Part shown: piece by piece, positions 27,674-39,601 of the stretch
Layout of the letters: every line of letters begins with the position of its first letter
How positions within the stretch are numbered: position 1 is the first letter of the stretch
NCBI GenBank assembly: GCA_964057225.1
Contig: OZ059896.1
Span: forward strand, 10,726,001-10,790,000
Length of the DNA stretch: 64,000 nucleotides
Direction: 5' to 3'
DNA from: Auanema rhodensis
Lineage: Eukaryota > Animalia > Nematoda
Notes under the pieces: generated by a model
What the model was told of the DNA's origin: nothing
Databases searched by the model: none
What the model saw: only the letters and a program-made list of their open reading frames with translations
Position numbers and translations under genes: made by a program

Positions 27674-28806
27674 ATCAGAGGTCATGAAGAGATCAGGAAG
27701 AGGAAAGATTAAGAAAGATAAGGTGAAAAAAAGAGGAACAACCTAACGAGAAGATAGAACAAGATAAAAAAGCTCATGATAGTCAAAGCAAATCGGTGTT
27801 GAGCCTCCTGAATACTAAACATCTTGGTGGCAATTTGAAGTAGATTGTTGATTTGTCATACTATAGAAAGAGAGAAAATGACTTAAGAGGACGATAATAC
27901 GAAAAATGTTCCGCAAATGTGACAACTATTCATAGAAATACAATTAAAAAGTTTTAAAACAATAGAAAATATTAAAAAAAAAACTTAAAAGTTTGTTCAA
28001 AAAATTATAATGATTTGAATTATAGTTTAAGGTTTTAAAGCTTTTAAAGCTTTTAAATCTTTAAAAGAAAATATTATAATCTACTGTATTATGACAACAA
28101 ATATTCGCAACTTTCAGCAAAGCTAAAGAATCAAAATTTTTAAAAAATATGGAACTCGACTGAGCAGTAAGAATACATATATACATATATTGTGCTCGGC
28201 ATTCCATTGCTGATATTTGTCCCAGGAGGCCGTGCAAGTTGGACCATTTTTGACCTCTTCACGTCTTTTAGTTTTTAAAAATCGTTTTGTTTAACTTCAT
28301 TTTATTCTTTATTCCAATAACTATCATCAATTATATTGAAGTTTTAAAGAAGTAATCTTCTAATATACATATTGATGAATTGTTTTTTAAGGAAAAAAGG
28401 TTAAAAGGATTGAAAATTAGTAAGAAAATTGATAATGTAAGACATGGATAGGATAAGAGATATAGAGGAATACATGTAGCTTATACATACATCATATGTA
28501 AGCATGTATGTATACATGTATGTATGTAGATAAAGTTAGTGATAAAGTAATAATATACATATTCATATACATATATCCATCCATCTATTTAACTTTTACA
28601 ATTGTTAAGAACAAAAAAACTTGAGTAGTCATCGATTATTTATTAAGAATGTTTAATCGTGTCGTCTTGTTGGCATCAGAAGTAGCTGTGAAGAGTGGTA
28701 GGAGTAGTGATGATGCTTGTTGTAGAAATAGGAGATAAAAAGAGAAAAGAGGAAAACGACGAAGAAAAAGAAGAAGAGGAAGAGCAGAGGGTAACAGATG
28801 AGCTAG

Positions 28807-28890
28807 GAAGAAGAAGAAGAAGAAGAAGAAGGAGAAGAAGAAGAAGAAGAAGAAGAAGACGAAGAAGAAGGAGGAGGAGGAGGAGAAGAA
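28807..28890. repeat. (GAA/GGA)n trinucleotide microsatellite
   Basis: Seen directly. It is the source of the spurious poly-Arg ORF 28695-28913. Confidence 0.95.
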
Positions 28891-31800
28891 TGTTGGATGT
28901 CCAACACGGATGATGCTATCTGAAAGTCTAACGGAATCTATTATGGATTATAACCGTTTATTAGTGGAAATGAGAAAAAGATGTAAGAAAAGTGTAGTAT
29001 AAATGATTCCATTAGAAGAGATCCTTTTTGAATCTTCTCAAATATAAAATGATGTTCTTAAATAATATTATGATATTTATATATTTAATGTTAAGAAACT
29101 GATGTTACATACATACATACATATATATAGATAGATAGACATATGAATGTATATCTATGCTCTAAATGGGAAATAAGATGTTCAATACAATTTCTTTCAT
29201 CAAATTTGCAGATTTTCTACTTTAAATTCAAGTATATATTCTTCTAAATTGAACTATTCTCATTAGTATCGATATCTATTTCGATTTTTAAAATTCAATC
29301 AAGATATCTGTAAGATTTTGCAACTTAACATAGTTGAAGACAAGGAAATAGAAGAATAAAATAAAAACTAAATATATATATACTATATGTATATAGTTAG
29401 ATGGATAAGCATGTATATAAAATATAATAAATGAAATGATTTATGAAGTATATTATCAAAGTATTTTCCACACAAATCTCAAAATCTTGTTGTCGATAAC
29501 GATTGTTTAAATGACTTTTTGAATTACTATATTCTTTATAAATTCTTTTCTAAAATATAATAATTTTTAAAAATATTCGAAAGTTAATATCAGAATTTTC
29601 GGAAAGTTCATAAAGATAGTTGCACTTGAAGAAAATAGGCAAAAATAGAACGGTTACTTTAAACAAGATTCAACTTGAGAGAAAACTTTTAGTTTTCCCA
29701 TCTGAATACCATCATAGTAGATTTAGATGTTAAAGTTCTTTCAAGTTTTAAAAACAGAGAAGAATAAAACAACTAAATCTTAATTCTTAAAGAATAATAT
29801 ATGAGTTCTTGAATTCAAATATATTAGAAATGAATAAGATATTTGATTAATTTTAAAATATAAAAAAATTTTTTTTCAGTACATTTACAATGCTTGCAAC
29901 TTCAAGCTTTATTCAGTCTTATAAAGACCGTAGATTGAGACAATTTGAGTGCAAAAATTGAATGAATATGAACATTTCGGGAGAAGCGAGAAGGACATTG
30001 AGATTAAAAATCTATGTCAATCAGCTTTTTCGTCGTTTTTTTCACCTTTTTCACTATTCTAAATACTGAAATAAATCATTTGAAACAATGAGAATTATTG
30101 AGATTTAATTCTTTTTTTCTCTTTTTTTTGAAGAAAAAACATCAAAATAGTTTTAAAAATTAAGTTTTATATAGTATATATATGTGTACATGTTGATTAA
30201 GAATAATCCAGTTCAACAGGAAATTAAAGAAGTTTTTCTTGAAAATGATGAGAAAGATAGCCATACTCTTCGTAAATCATGAAAGATTATGCGATATACT
30301 GAACCAAAGTATTAAGCATAATAGGTCATGTACTTTAAACAAGATCAAACTTAAAACAATTTTCTCCGAAAAGGAAGTAAGCGATGTTGTTGCATCTCAA
30401 AGAACTTTATCATGTATTTCAAGAAATATTTAAATGATTCTATTGTAATATAATATAATAAAAGTTATATTATTATATGATGAATAGGAAAAAAAAATAA
30501 AATTTAAAAAGTATATCATCGAAATAAGAGAAAAAGAATATAAAATATAGAATATATATATCCATATATACTAGATCTATGCATATATACATATACTACA
30601 TACATACATAGATACATATGTACATATATATCTGTATGATTCACTATAAAAAAATGGAATATTAGAAAAAAAAAGAGAGAGAATATGGCATTTTTATTAT
30701 ATGTTTATAAATAGCCTCATAGGATGTATGATCTGATCTGAATGAAAATTGGAAAAAAGGCAAACGTAAGCATCTTTGCAACCAGTAAACAAACATAAAT
30801 ATCAGCACAAATATCCCAAAAATTGAAATGAGAAAGAGAGTGTAAGAGAATGAGATATCCGATAAGAGAAAAATGAAAATATCTAGAGAATAGAGAAAAA
30901 ATGGTGCGACAAGACAGAGAGAGAGGGAGAGAGAGAGAGAGAATGAGAGATAAAGGAAATGTGAAGAGAGATTAAACGTTTAGAGAAGAAGAGTTCGCTG
31001 ATGCTCCGAGTAATCGAGAGCGAGGAAGAACGAAGAACGAACTGAAATTCAAACAAAACAGGAAAATTAGAAGAAGTTCTTGAATCAAACGAATCATGCT
31101 AACCATATTAGTTTTAAAATTAAAGGACATATTCAGTATTGCCAAAGCTTGTAAAGAGGTAAAATCGATTGTAATAAGGTCATCTGAATGAATTGAAAAA
31201 GAAAAAGACGACGGTGGCAAAGAAGGAGAAGAAGAGAGAAGAAGAAGAAGAAGAAGAAGCAGCAAACGAAGAAAGAGCATCTAGATAGATCTATGCCTCT
31301 AGCTCATCAGATTATCTTGCTATCACATATACATATGTATGTATGTACATATTGATTAAAATCTTTTTTTTGTTTTGTTTTTAACTATATTTTATAAATA
31401 ATTAACTATTATTTATTGTTTCATATATATATATTTCTCATCATTATTGATTATATAAAAATAAAAAGTTTTGCATAATAATAATTTTCTTTTCAATGCA
31501 AATAAATGCATTAAAATAAGAATATTTTATTATAAATATATATATCTTTTGATTTATTTGTTATAAATCATTTAGTATAACTAACAAAGAAAAATGAAAT
31601 TCAAATCTTTTTTTTTTTTTTTTTTAAGATTTCATTCTTAATATGTCATTATAATTATCTTTGTTATCAACTACTGAATCATTCTGTCATCTGTTATTCA
31701 AGCCCTGCTCCTTCTCTTCTGTCTTTCCTCCCATTCCTCCCTCCCCTATTTAATTTTATTTTCGTTTTCTTTTTAATTTTCCTCCATGCTTTGCCTTCCC

Positions 31801-33409
31801 CATCCATGCTTTCTTCAATGGCTTCCCGCAGCCACATATCTATACTATATGTATGTGTATACATATAGTATAGATATACATTATATATGTATCTCTCTAT
31901 TTATATATTTATACATATATATATATATATATATAGTTAGCATATAAAGAAATTCTTGACCACATAGTTAAAAGAACAAAAAGATGTTTTTTTAGAAAAA
32001 AAGACTTAAAGATCAACAAAATTTTTTGATTTTTTTTTATATGAAACACAAATGAATATGCAGCCTATTATTTCAGAAAAAAACGAGAAAAAGGGAGAAC
32101 GAGAACAAGGTTCTTCTATGTAAATAAATAAACAAAAAATAAGATTCTGTTCATAATCACATTGCTATGACTAATAAAGAAAAATATTTAAGTTAGAGAA
32201 TATGGAAAGGTGTGTCGTTGTCAAGGAAATTATTAGCACAATATTACTAAACAAAAATTATTGAAATTAAAATGAAGATTTTATTATAATTATTATATTT
32301 AATATAATAAATATAATAATAAAAAATAATTTATATTCTATATATACTATATGTAAATTAGGAAAAAGAACATTAATAGACATTTGGTTTGAAGAAAATG
32401 AAGCAAACAATGCCAATATGATGCTATATAACTAGAATATTCTGGTAATGAATTTTTTAATTCACGTATTTATTTCAAAAAAACATCTTGTTTTATTTTT
32501 TTTTATCGTCATATATAATATTAAATCAATATGTATATTATATTAACTATATGTAGTAAAAAGAGAATACAAATTAGTATAAATACTTCTATTTTATTGA
32601 CTTTGTAGTCTTTTTCACTTGAAATTTCAAACAAAAAAAGTTTATCCAATACTTCATAAAACAAACTTTTTGAACTAATTTTTCCAATTAGAATGTCGTA
32701 AAGAAGGGCATTCAGAATAACTTGGAGAAAATTTTTATTCTGAATACCATACTAGATAAAGCTGTTTATTATACTAAAAATTGGAACAGAAAAATTCAAT
32801 TAAAACGTAAAGATTTTTTTCTTTTCGGAGGAATCTCAAAAATTAAATAAAATGGTCAATAACTCAAAACAGAAAGAGTTTGGAGAATGCTTTTCGTAAA
32901 GTCAAAGAATAAAATGAAATTTCTAAAAAAATTGAACAAATTATATTAATAAGAAAGAAATAAAAGAAAATATAATATATACTATAGGTAGTATATATAC
33001 ATATGTGTATATGCTAGAACCTATATATTTTCTGTTACATTGATTAAGAAATATGGTTATAACAAGAGAAGTACGTATAGATGTTCATGCTAAGCCCAGG
33101 GGGCATGTTATGTGGGCCAAACTGATAGAAAACACAGAGGATTTAAAGCTGCTTTAATACTACATTTCCATGAAACTCGCTTTCCCGTTTCGTCTTTGCC
33201 TTCAATATCTGATATATATTTTTTTTTTGATTGAACGAAGACTAATATGCTAAAGGAAGTAATTTTAGACAATTAGATTTTTTTGACTTTTGACTGCTAG
33301 AATTGGATTTCACATGTTATAAACTTAAAACAATAAATAGAAATTTAAGTAGAATATGTTTGTTGGTTTCCTATTTTTGTTTTTTTTAACCAAATACCAA
33401 TTATAATTA

Positions 33410-33442
<33 letters not shown>

Positions 33443-36400
33443 TCTTCCTATTTTGTTTTTTGTTCTTAATTTTTACAAAGTACATGCGTATAATTAGAAT
33501 AATAAAAACTTAAATAATATACTAATTAATATAAAAGTAAATTGTAAAGACAAACGTTATTTGTAAAATGTCAAACCTGAAATTGGAAAAATGCCAAATA
33601 AATATCTCTTTGAGAATAGAAGTTAACAGAATATTCAAACAGAACACTTTAGGTACTTCAAATGATGAATAGAAATATGAATCGAAAAGATGTAAAACAT
33701 AGAATTAATTCATCTTTATCCTATCAACCAGATGATCCTATTTGAGTCGTAAGCAACGAATCTTCCTAATCAATGACCGAATGGAGATTTTCGATTTGTG
33801 CTCCGTTCGATGCTCACTTTTTTCATATTCATGTGTATGTCTTATACTTGATCTTCTAATATATTATCAATGAAATTATCAAAAGGCATAACCTTTCTGC
33901 TTTTCTTTTCCTTTTTTCAATTCTGTTGGAATACAACAGTTATTGGCTATTTTGGCTTTTGCAGAATTACAAATCCCCGCAAGGAGAGATTGGATGTGTG
34001 CGTGTATGGGTGTTTGTGTGCGTGAGAGAGAAAGAAAAAAGCAGATGTAAGGATAGAGAGTAAGAAAGGGAGATGGTTTTTCGAACAAGGACTGCCAGCC
34101 TAGATTGCTCTGCTATTGCTTTACGTTGCTGCTTTAGGCGAATCGCCAAACACTGCATGAAGTAGCGCATAGTATCATAAAATATAAAACAAAATCAGAG
34201 TTTGTATGATAACTATATGTATATCTTTCTGTCTATATATCTATTTCTATTTCTATATATACATATATACATATAGGTATATGTGTGTGTGTATATGAAT
34301 AGAATAGGTAAAGAAATAAGAAATAGTATTTTTAAAAAAGCTCAAGCATAACAGAAGACTACTACCGATTTAACAAAAAAATATAAGAAGAAATTTCGGG
34401 CATGAGAAATGAACCGTTATGAATTCAATAGCATCCAATATAGCGAGAAGTTGTGATCCAGAAATAATTTCAAAATAAATTTCCAATAAGAAAATATTTA
34501 TGTTTAACTTAATAAGAACTTAGAAATAAGCTTGATAAATAAGATATTAATAAATGAAGTTAAGATAAAGAAAATGAATGATTGATAGTTAGTCATAAAT
34601 AGAAATTCGAAGATTTGCCTGAAATCAGCTTATTTTGTAATACATAGATTATTCAGAAAATTAAAAGGGTATAGATAACATATAATATATTTATATTATA
34701 TAAAGAGAGAGAGAGAGAGAAAGAAAGAGAGAGAAAGAAAGAGAGAGGGAGAAAGAGAGAGAGAGAAAGAGAAAGAGAGAAAGAGAGAGAGAATAATTGA
34801 GAAAGTGAGAAAGAAAGACACACATATTATTGTGCATATAAGGATATATATACACATATATAAATACAAGAATTATCAAACTATATGAGTAAAAAATAAC
34901 AATATATATTGAATAAAGGTTTAACGTCCTTTTGAATGCAGAAAAGGATCTAATAGTGAATAGTAAAAGTCGTCGGGATGTAAGGTAAAAAAAGAGGGGA
35001 AGCATGTAAAGGTTGTATTGGAAGATTGCCTGTGGGCAAATGGCTAGCCCGTTGTACGTGTGTGGCTTGAAAGGGTGGGTAGATCGGGTAGAACCAACGT
35101 ACATATGCCATGTATAGACGGCACATAGATGCAGATGTATGGATGAGAGAAATGAGAGCAAAAGCGAGGCATATAGAGGAATGAAGTTGTTGAGACAGTA
35201 GGCTAGAAATGGAGTGAAGAAAGACACAGACAGAAAGGAATCAATAAGCTGGGAGAGCTAGAGAGATACGAAGAGTAGACTGAGATGGCTAAAATAAGAA
35301 ACTGTGAAGGAGGGTTTGAGAAAAGAAAAAGAAATAATATGGCAGTGAGAATAGTAAGAGAATGAGTTAGAATTAGGAAAAGAAGGAGAATAGATAGCAG
35401 AATAGAGTAACTTAGATACAAAGAGAGAGATGAAAGGGAGTAAAAAAAGAAATAGAAAAAGGAAACAACAGAAGGAGAGAGAGATAAAACTGGGGAATAA
35501 ACTTTATTTTGGAATTCTTAATGAGAGAGCCAAAACCTTTATATACCAATACTTCATAAAATACTCAAAAGCTTGGAAAATAGTTAGAAGAATGACATGT
35601 AAGGGTGACCATCCGGATATTGAAGAGAAAGAATACTTGACGTCAGAATAGAGGAGATTTTGGTGTTGCCGATGACAACAGCTGACAGACGAATGTGACC
35701 GCCAATGACAACGACGACATCAGGAAGAAGAGCGACGGGTACGACGATTTAGCTAGCATTACCAAGCCCATGATGGCTCTGGCGATGATGGCTTGCGATG
35801 TAACATCGCCAAATGTGCGACCAGAACGATCGTGCGGGTAAAGTGACGAAGAAGTGCTCCAAGCTGATTATGAAGTGATTTTTATGTAGATATTTAAATT
35901 AAATGATAAAGAACTAAGAATCAATAAAATGAAATTTGAATAGACATAACAATCACACATCAGTTTTTAGATAACGGCGTCTGGCTGAAACAAGTTTATA
36001 AATTATAATTAGAAAATTTCAGAATGACCTCTGACCGTTGAACTTCGACAAGAGAAATTAATGCTTAGCATCGTCGGACATATAATAATAATATTGTAAT
36101 AAAATACTAATTTATTTACTATATATATACATATACATATGTATATGTATAATTAGTAAATGCTGAGCTCAGTTACATATGTAACTACTACTTCAAGTAT
36201 ATAGGGAAAACCATGAAAAGGAAAGAATAATTTGAGTTGGAAGTAGAACCATGTGCTCTTTTTAAACTTTAATTGCTCCAATTTTAAGTAGAACTACTTC
36301 TCAGTTACGTATTATAAATAATAGTGTTAAATAAATGATTATACTATTTTCTAATTCAAACAAAAGCTATAGACAGCATCTTTCTTCTATCCAAAATGCT

Positions 36401-36581
36401 AAAATACTCATTTATCTTTTTCCCAAAATCTCAAGTAGTATCTAGATTAATAATCTCCCTGAAGCCAAAATAGAAATCGGATAAAGTTGAGAAAGGATAA
36501 GACTTTACACATTGTACTATTAATCACTTCATATCAAAAATGTTTATTTTAAATTTGCAAAAAATGACTTCCTTATTTATC

Positions 36582-36663
36582 GCACTGATGTCCGAGTGGT
36601 TAAGGAGTTTGACTCGAAATCAAATGGGCTTTGCCCGCGTAGGTTCGAATCCTGCTCAGTGCG
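36582..36663 (+). tRNA. tRNA-Ser(CGA)
   Basis: GCACTGA/TCAGTGC acceptor stem, TTTGA CT CGA AA TCAAA anticodon arm, long variable arm GGGCTTTGCCC, GGTTCGAATCC; 82 nt. Confidence 0.96.
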
Positions 36664-37283
36664 AAAATTTTACTAAATTTGGAATACATTTATATTAACT
36701 ATAACAGTTGTTTTTCTAGTAAATAACGATTAATTCTTAAAGAATGAATGAATATTGCTATTTATAAAAAAAAAAGTATGTATGAGTCTGAAAAAGTATT
36801 GAAAAGAAACTGGGTACAAATGAGAAAATAGAAGGAATGACCAGACGTTTAATTAGTCTGTTCCCTATAGCGTAAGAAATGATGTTGCTAGCTGATTGGT
36901 TCACCGACTATAATGTATATTAGGCATAGAGGGATAGAGAGAGTAAAAGACGAAAAAGAAGAAAAGTAAGGAGCAGAGAAAATTTAAAAGCAAGAAATAT
37001 ACTAAGATCATTACGAATGCACGAAAATATATTTTCAAATAAATATAATGAGAGAGGGAAAAATAAAAATCACGTAAATTCTTTTTTTTTGTTGTTATTT
37101 ATATATTTTATGTTACTTATACATTTAAATGATACATAATATTTAATAGAAACAATAAATCCATATATGTGTATATAGCATAATTAAAGAAATTATATTT
37201 AACTCATCGATACATGGTAATATTCGTCATACTTGTATAAATAATTTAAAGAACTAACTTTAAAAATAGTAAAAGAAGTATTT

Positions 37284-38570
37284 TCAAATAGATAAAACAG
37301 GATTAGATGATATAAGCGAACCATACGTCATAGGTGGAATCATATCTGGTATGATACGATATTCACAGTTGGGAACTTTACCATGTTGAATGAATGATAC
37401 GATACTTCCAGGAGGATAACTTTAGAAAATATATAATTTTGATAAAAGATTGAAGAAATCTTACCGTAAGCCAAGATCTATTGCATCCACAGGAATATTT
37501 ATTTCGGTAGGCGTAGTAGGGCCACCACAATCACTGAGCTCTTCATTAGAGTTACATAACTTCGTTGTAGCAGGTGTTTCACGAAAATGGGCTGAAAGAG
37601 TATTATGTCTTCAAACAGAATAATTATAATCATATTGCCTATTTCACACATTGAATGTTGAGCCAATGCATGAGCTACAATGAGTAAAGGGGAATTTCTT
37701 TTAATAAGAGTCAATTTTTGTAGAATATTCTTAAGCCTTCGACGTGATTCAGTTGGTTTTTCATTGCGTATTGATGATATGGTCATTAGCTGAGAGCTTA
37801 ATAATAAATTATAATCAGACATTTCGGAATATTCACCGATGATAATATGTTGCTCAATACTTACTAAGTAGTGTCAATGGGATAATGTGTAGCCAAGTCT
37901 TTCAAATAAAACTGTACTTGACTCATATCGCTATCAACCAAACCAGGTTCAACCTAAATATATATGGATATATGTATTATTTGAAAAGAATAACACATAC
38001 CGCTATTCGAACTTTGAAAAAATTAGCAAAAACTGCAGCCGTTTGAATGCAACGTAATGCCGGCGAGCAATATATCACTTCTGGTATAACTCCACGATTA
38101 TGTATAGCACGAGCAACAGCTTGAGTACGATATTTAGCTATTAAATTAACTTATAAATAACATAACTTTCTGCTTTACAATACCTAATGACGTAATCGGA
38201 CTATTCCTTAGAAAAATATCAGAGTTGAGTTTACGTAATGAAGATGGTACATTCAAATCAGTGGCGGTCAGCTATTAATTTTTGTTTTCAACTAATGATT
38301 TTCAATTAAGTTATTACAGTTCCGCATGGAATTTCTGTTCTCTGCCAATTAGAGCCAAAAACTCTATCTACTCTTTCAGCACTTCTTGCAACCATTATTA
38401 CCCGCCATGATCGTTTAGGTGTGGATACAGCTTGAGGCCACAATGACCGGATCTTCAACATTGGATTCTGAAACAAAACACTTTTGATAATGTAAATCTG
38501 TTATTTTAAAATGTACAGGCGATTTTGGAGGAGTTGGATCTTCTAACTTAACATATTGTTGTTCAGCCAT
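37284..38570 (-). CDS. Histidine phosphatase (PGM/STS-UBASH3-like) family protein, probably catalytically inactive
   Basis: Spliced motifs VARSAERVDRVFG (RHGER position), SPITSLG, IYCSPALRCIQTA, VEPGL, LLIVAHA. Requires a GC-AG intron at 37638-37592. Confidence 0.85.
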
Positions 38571-38995
38571 TTAATTACGGTATGCTACTTGGAACAACCT
38601 GCTCTAGTCAGCAGCGAAAAGAAAATAACTTCACGTAATTATTGATTGATTAAAATTAGTAAATTAGCAATTTTTTCGAAGCAACAATATTGATTGAGGT
38701 TTCTAAAGCTTATTAAAACTTTAATTTTTATGTTTTATATCTTAACTAACTATTATGAAACAGATTTATGATGGGGATATATACTGTTAATTATGCAAAT
38801 TATGCTAAACTATTTCGTAATACATTTGGCGCCAAACTTCCATTGCTTTGTACAATTGATACCTTCTATTATTCATTTACTTATTTTCCACTGTCCATGT
38901 CATTAATATACCCAAGATGGAAGTGCTTCCACCAAGCTCTTTTATTTCTGAATTGATGAATTTATATGCTGTGTATTATGTATATTTTTTCCAGA

Positions 38996-39331
38996 ATGAA
39001 TAACTCTGATATTCAATTCCTGCATGCTAAATTTTGCAACGCCAATGAACCCTTAGTCTCCATTAAAGAGAAATCGGATCTCGATACAATCTATCTTGCT
39101 GAATATCATTTTTTGATAAATATTCGCAACCGTTTGTGCCACTATCCATTTTTCCAATTGATCGTCGATAGTATTAACGATCGCTTATGCATGATATCAG
39201 CAGCTCGTAATCATCCTGGAGCCTTCCAGTGGCTTATGGACAAGAAAAGGCCCAAAAAATTCTTGAATGAAGTAAGGAAAGACAACACCGAGCTAGCAGA
39301 TTGGCTTCAAGCTGAATCAACGAAAAAATGA
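38996..39331 (+). CDS. 111-aa hypothetical protein with a single coding exon
   Basis: ATG 1 nt after a ttccag acceptor. Open frame with coding-like composition. gtaagt...ttcaag intron at 39338-39387 just after the stop. AATAAA near 39545. Confidence 0.6.
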   Translation: MNNSDIQFLHAKFCNANEPLVSIKEKSDLDTIYLAEYHFLINIRNRLCHYPFFQLIVDSINDRLCMISAARNHPGAFQWLMDKKRPKKFLNEVRKDNTELADWLQAESTKK

Positions 39332-39601
39332 TGACTGGTAAGTAATATATCCTTTATATCCTTTATATTCATATATTTGTTTTCAAGGCTTCAATCCTAC
39401 TTAGCCGTAGTTTACTTGGGATGTCGACAATTAGAAGTTTCATGCTAATCCAGAAATTATGAATCTGTACAGTGTTCTATGATCTTTTTTTTCCGCATAC
39501 ATGATTTGAGCTTTTTTTAATTATATTTAACATTTTCAAAAAAGAAATAAAGGTTTAAATTTATATAAACTGTGAAAGTTATTGACAACTAATCCAATTC
39601 T

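Noticed and set aside
28695-28913. Poly-Arg ORF and other low-complexity ORFs (e.g. 25589-25912, 27500-27685, 34691-35227, 50101-50520)
   Set aside because: These are translations of GAA/GA/CT microsatellites with no splice or domain support.
29560-32950. Shared tctgaatacca motif (29701, 32740) and short inverted repeat at 32711-32744 as decayed MITEs
   Set aside because: Too short and AT-rich to define ends or a TSD by eye.
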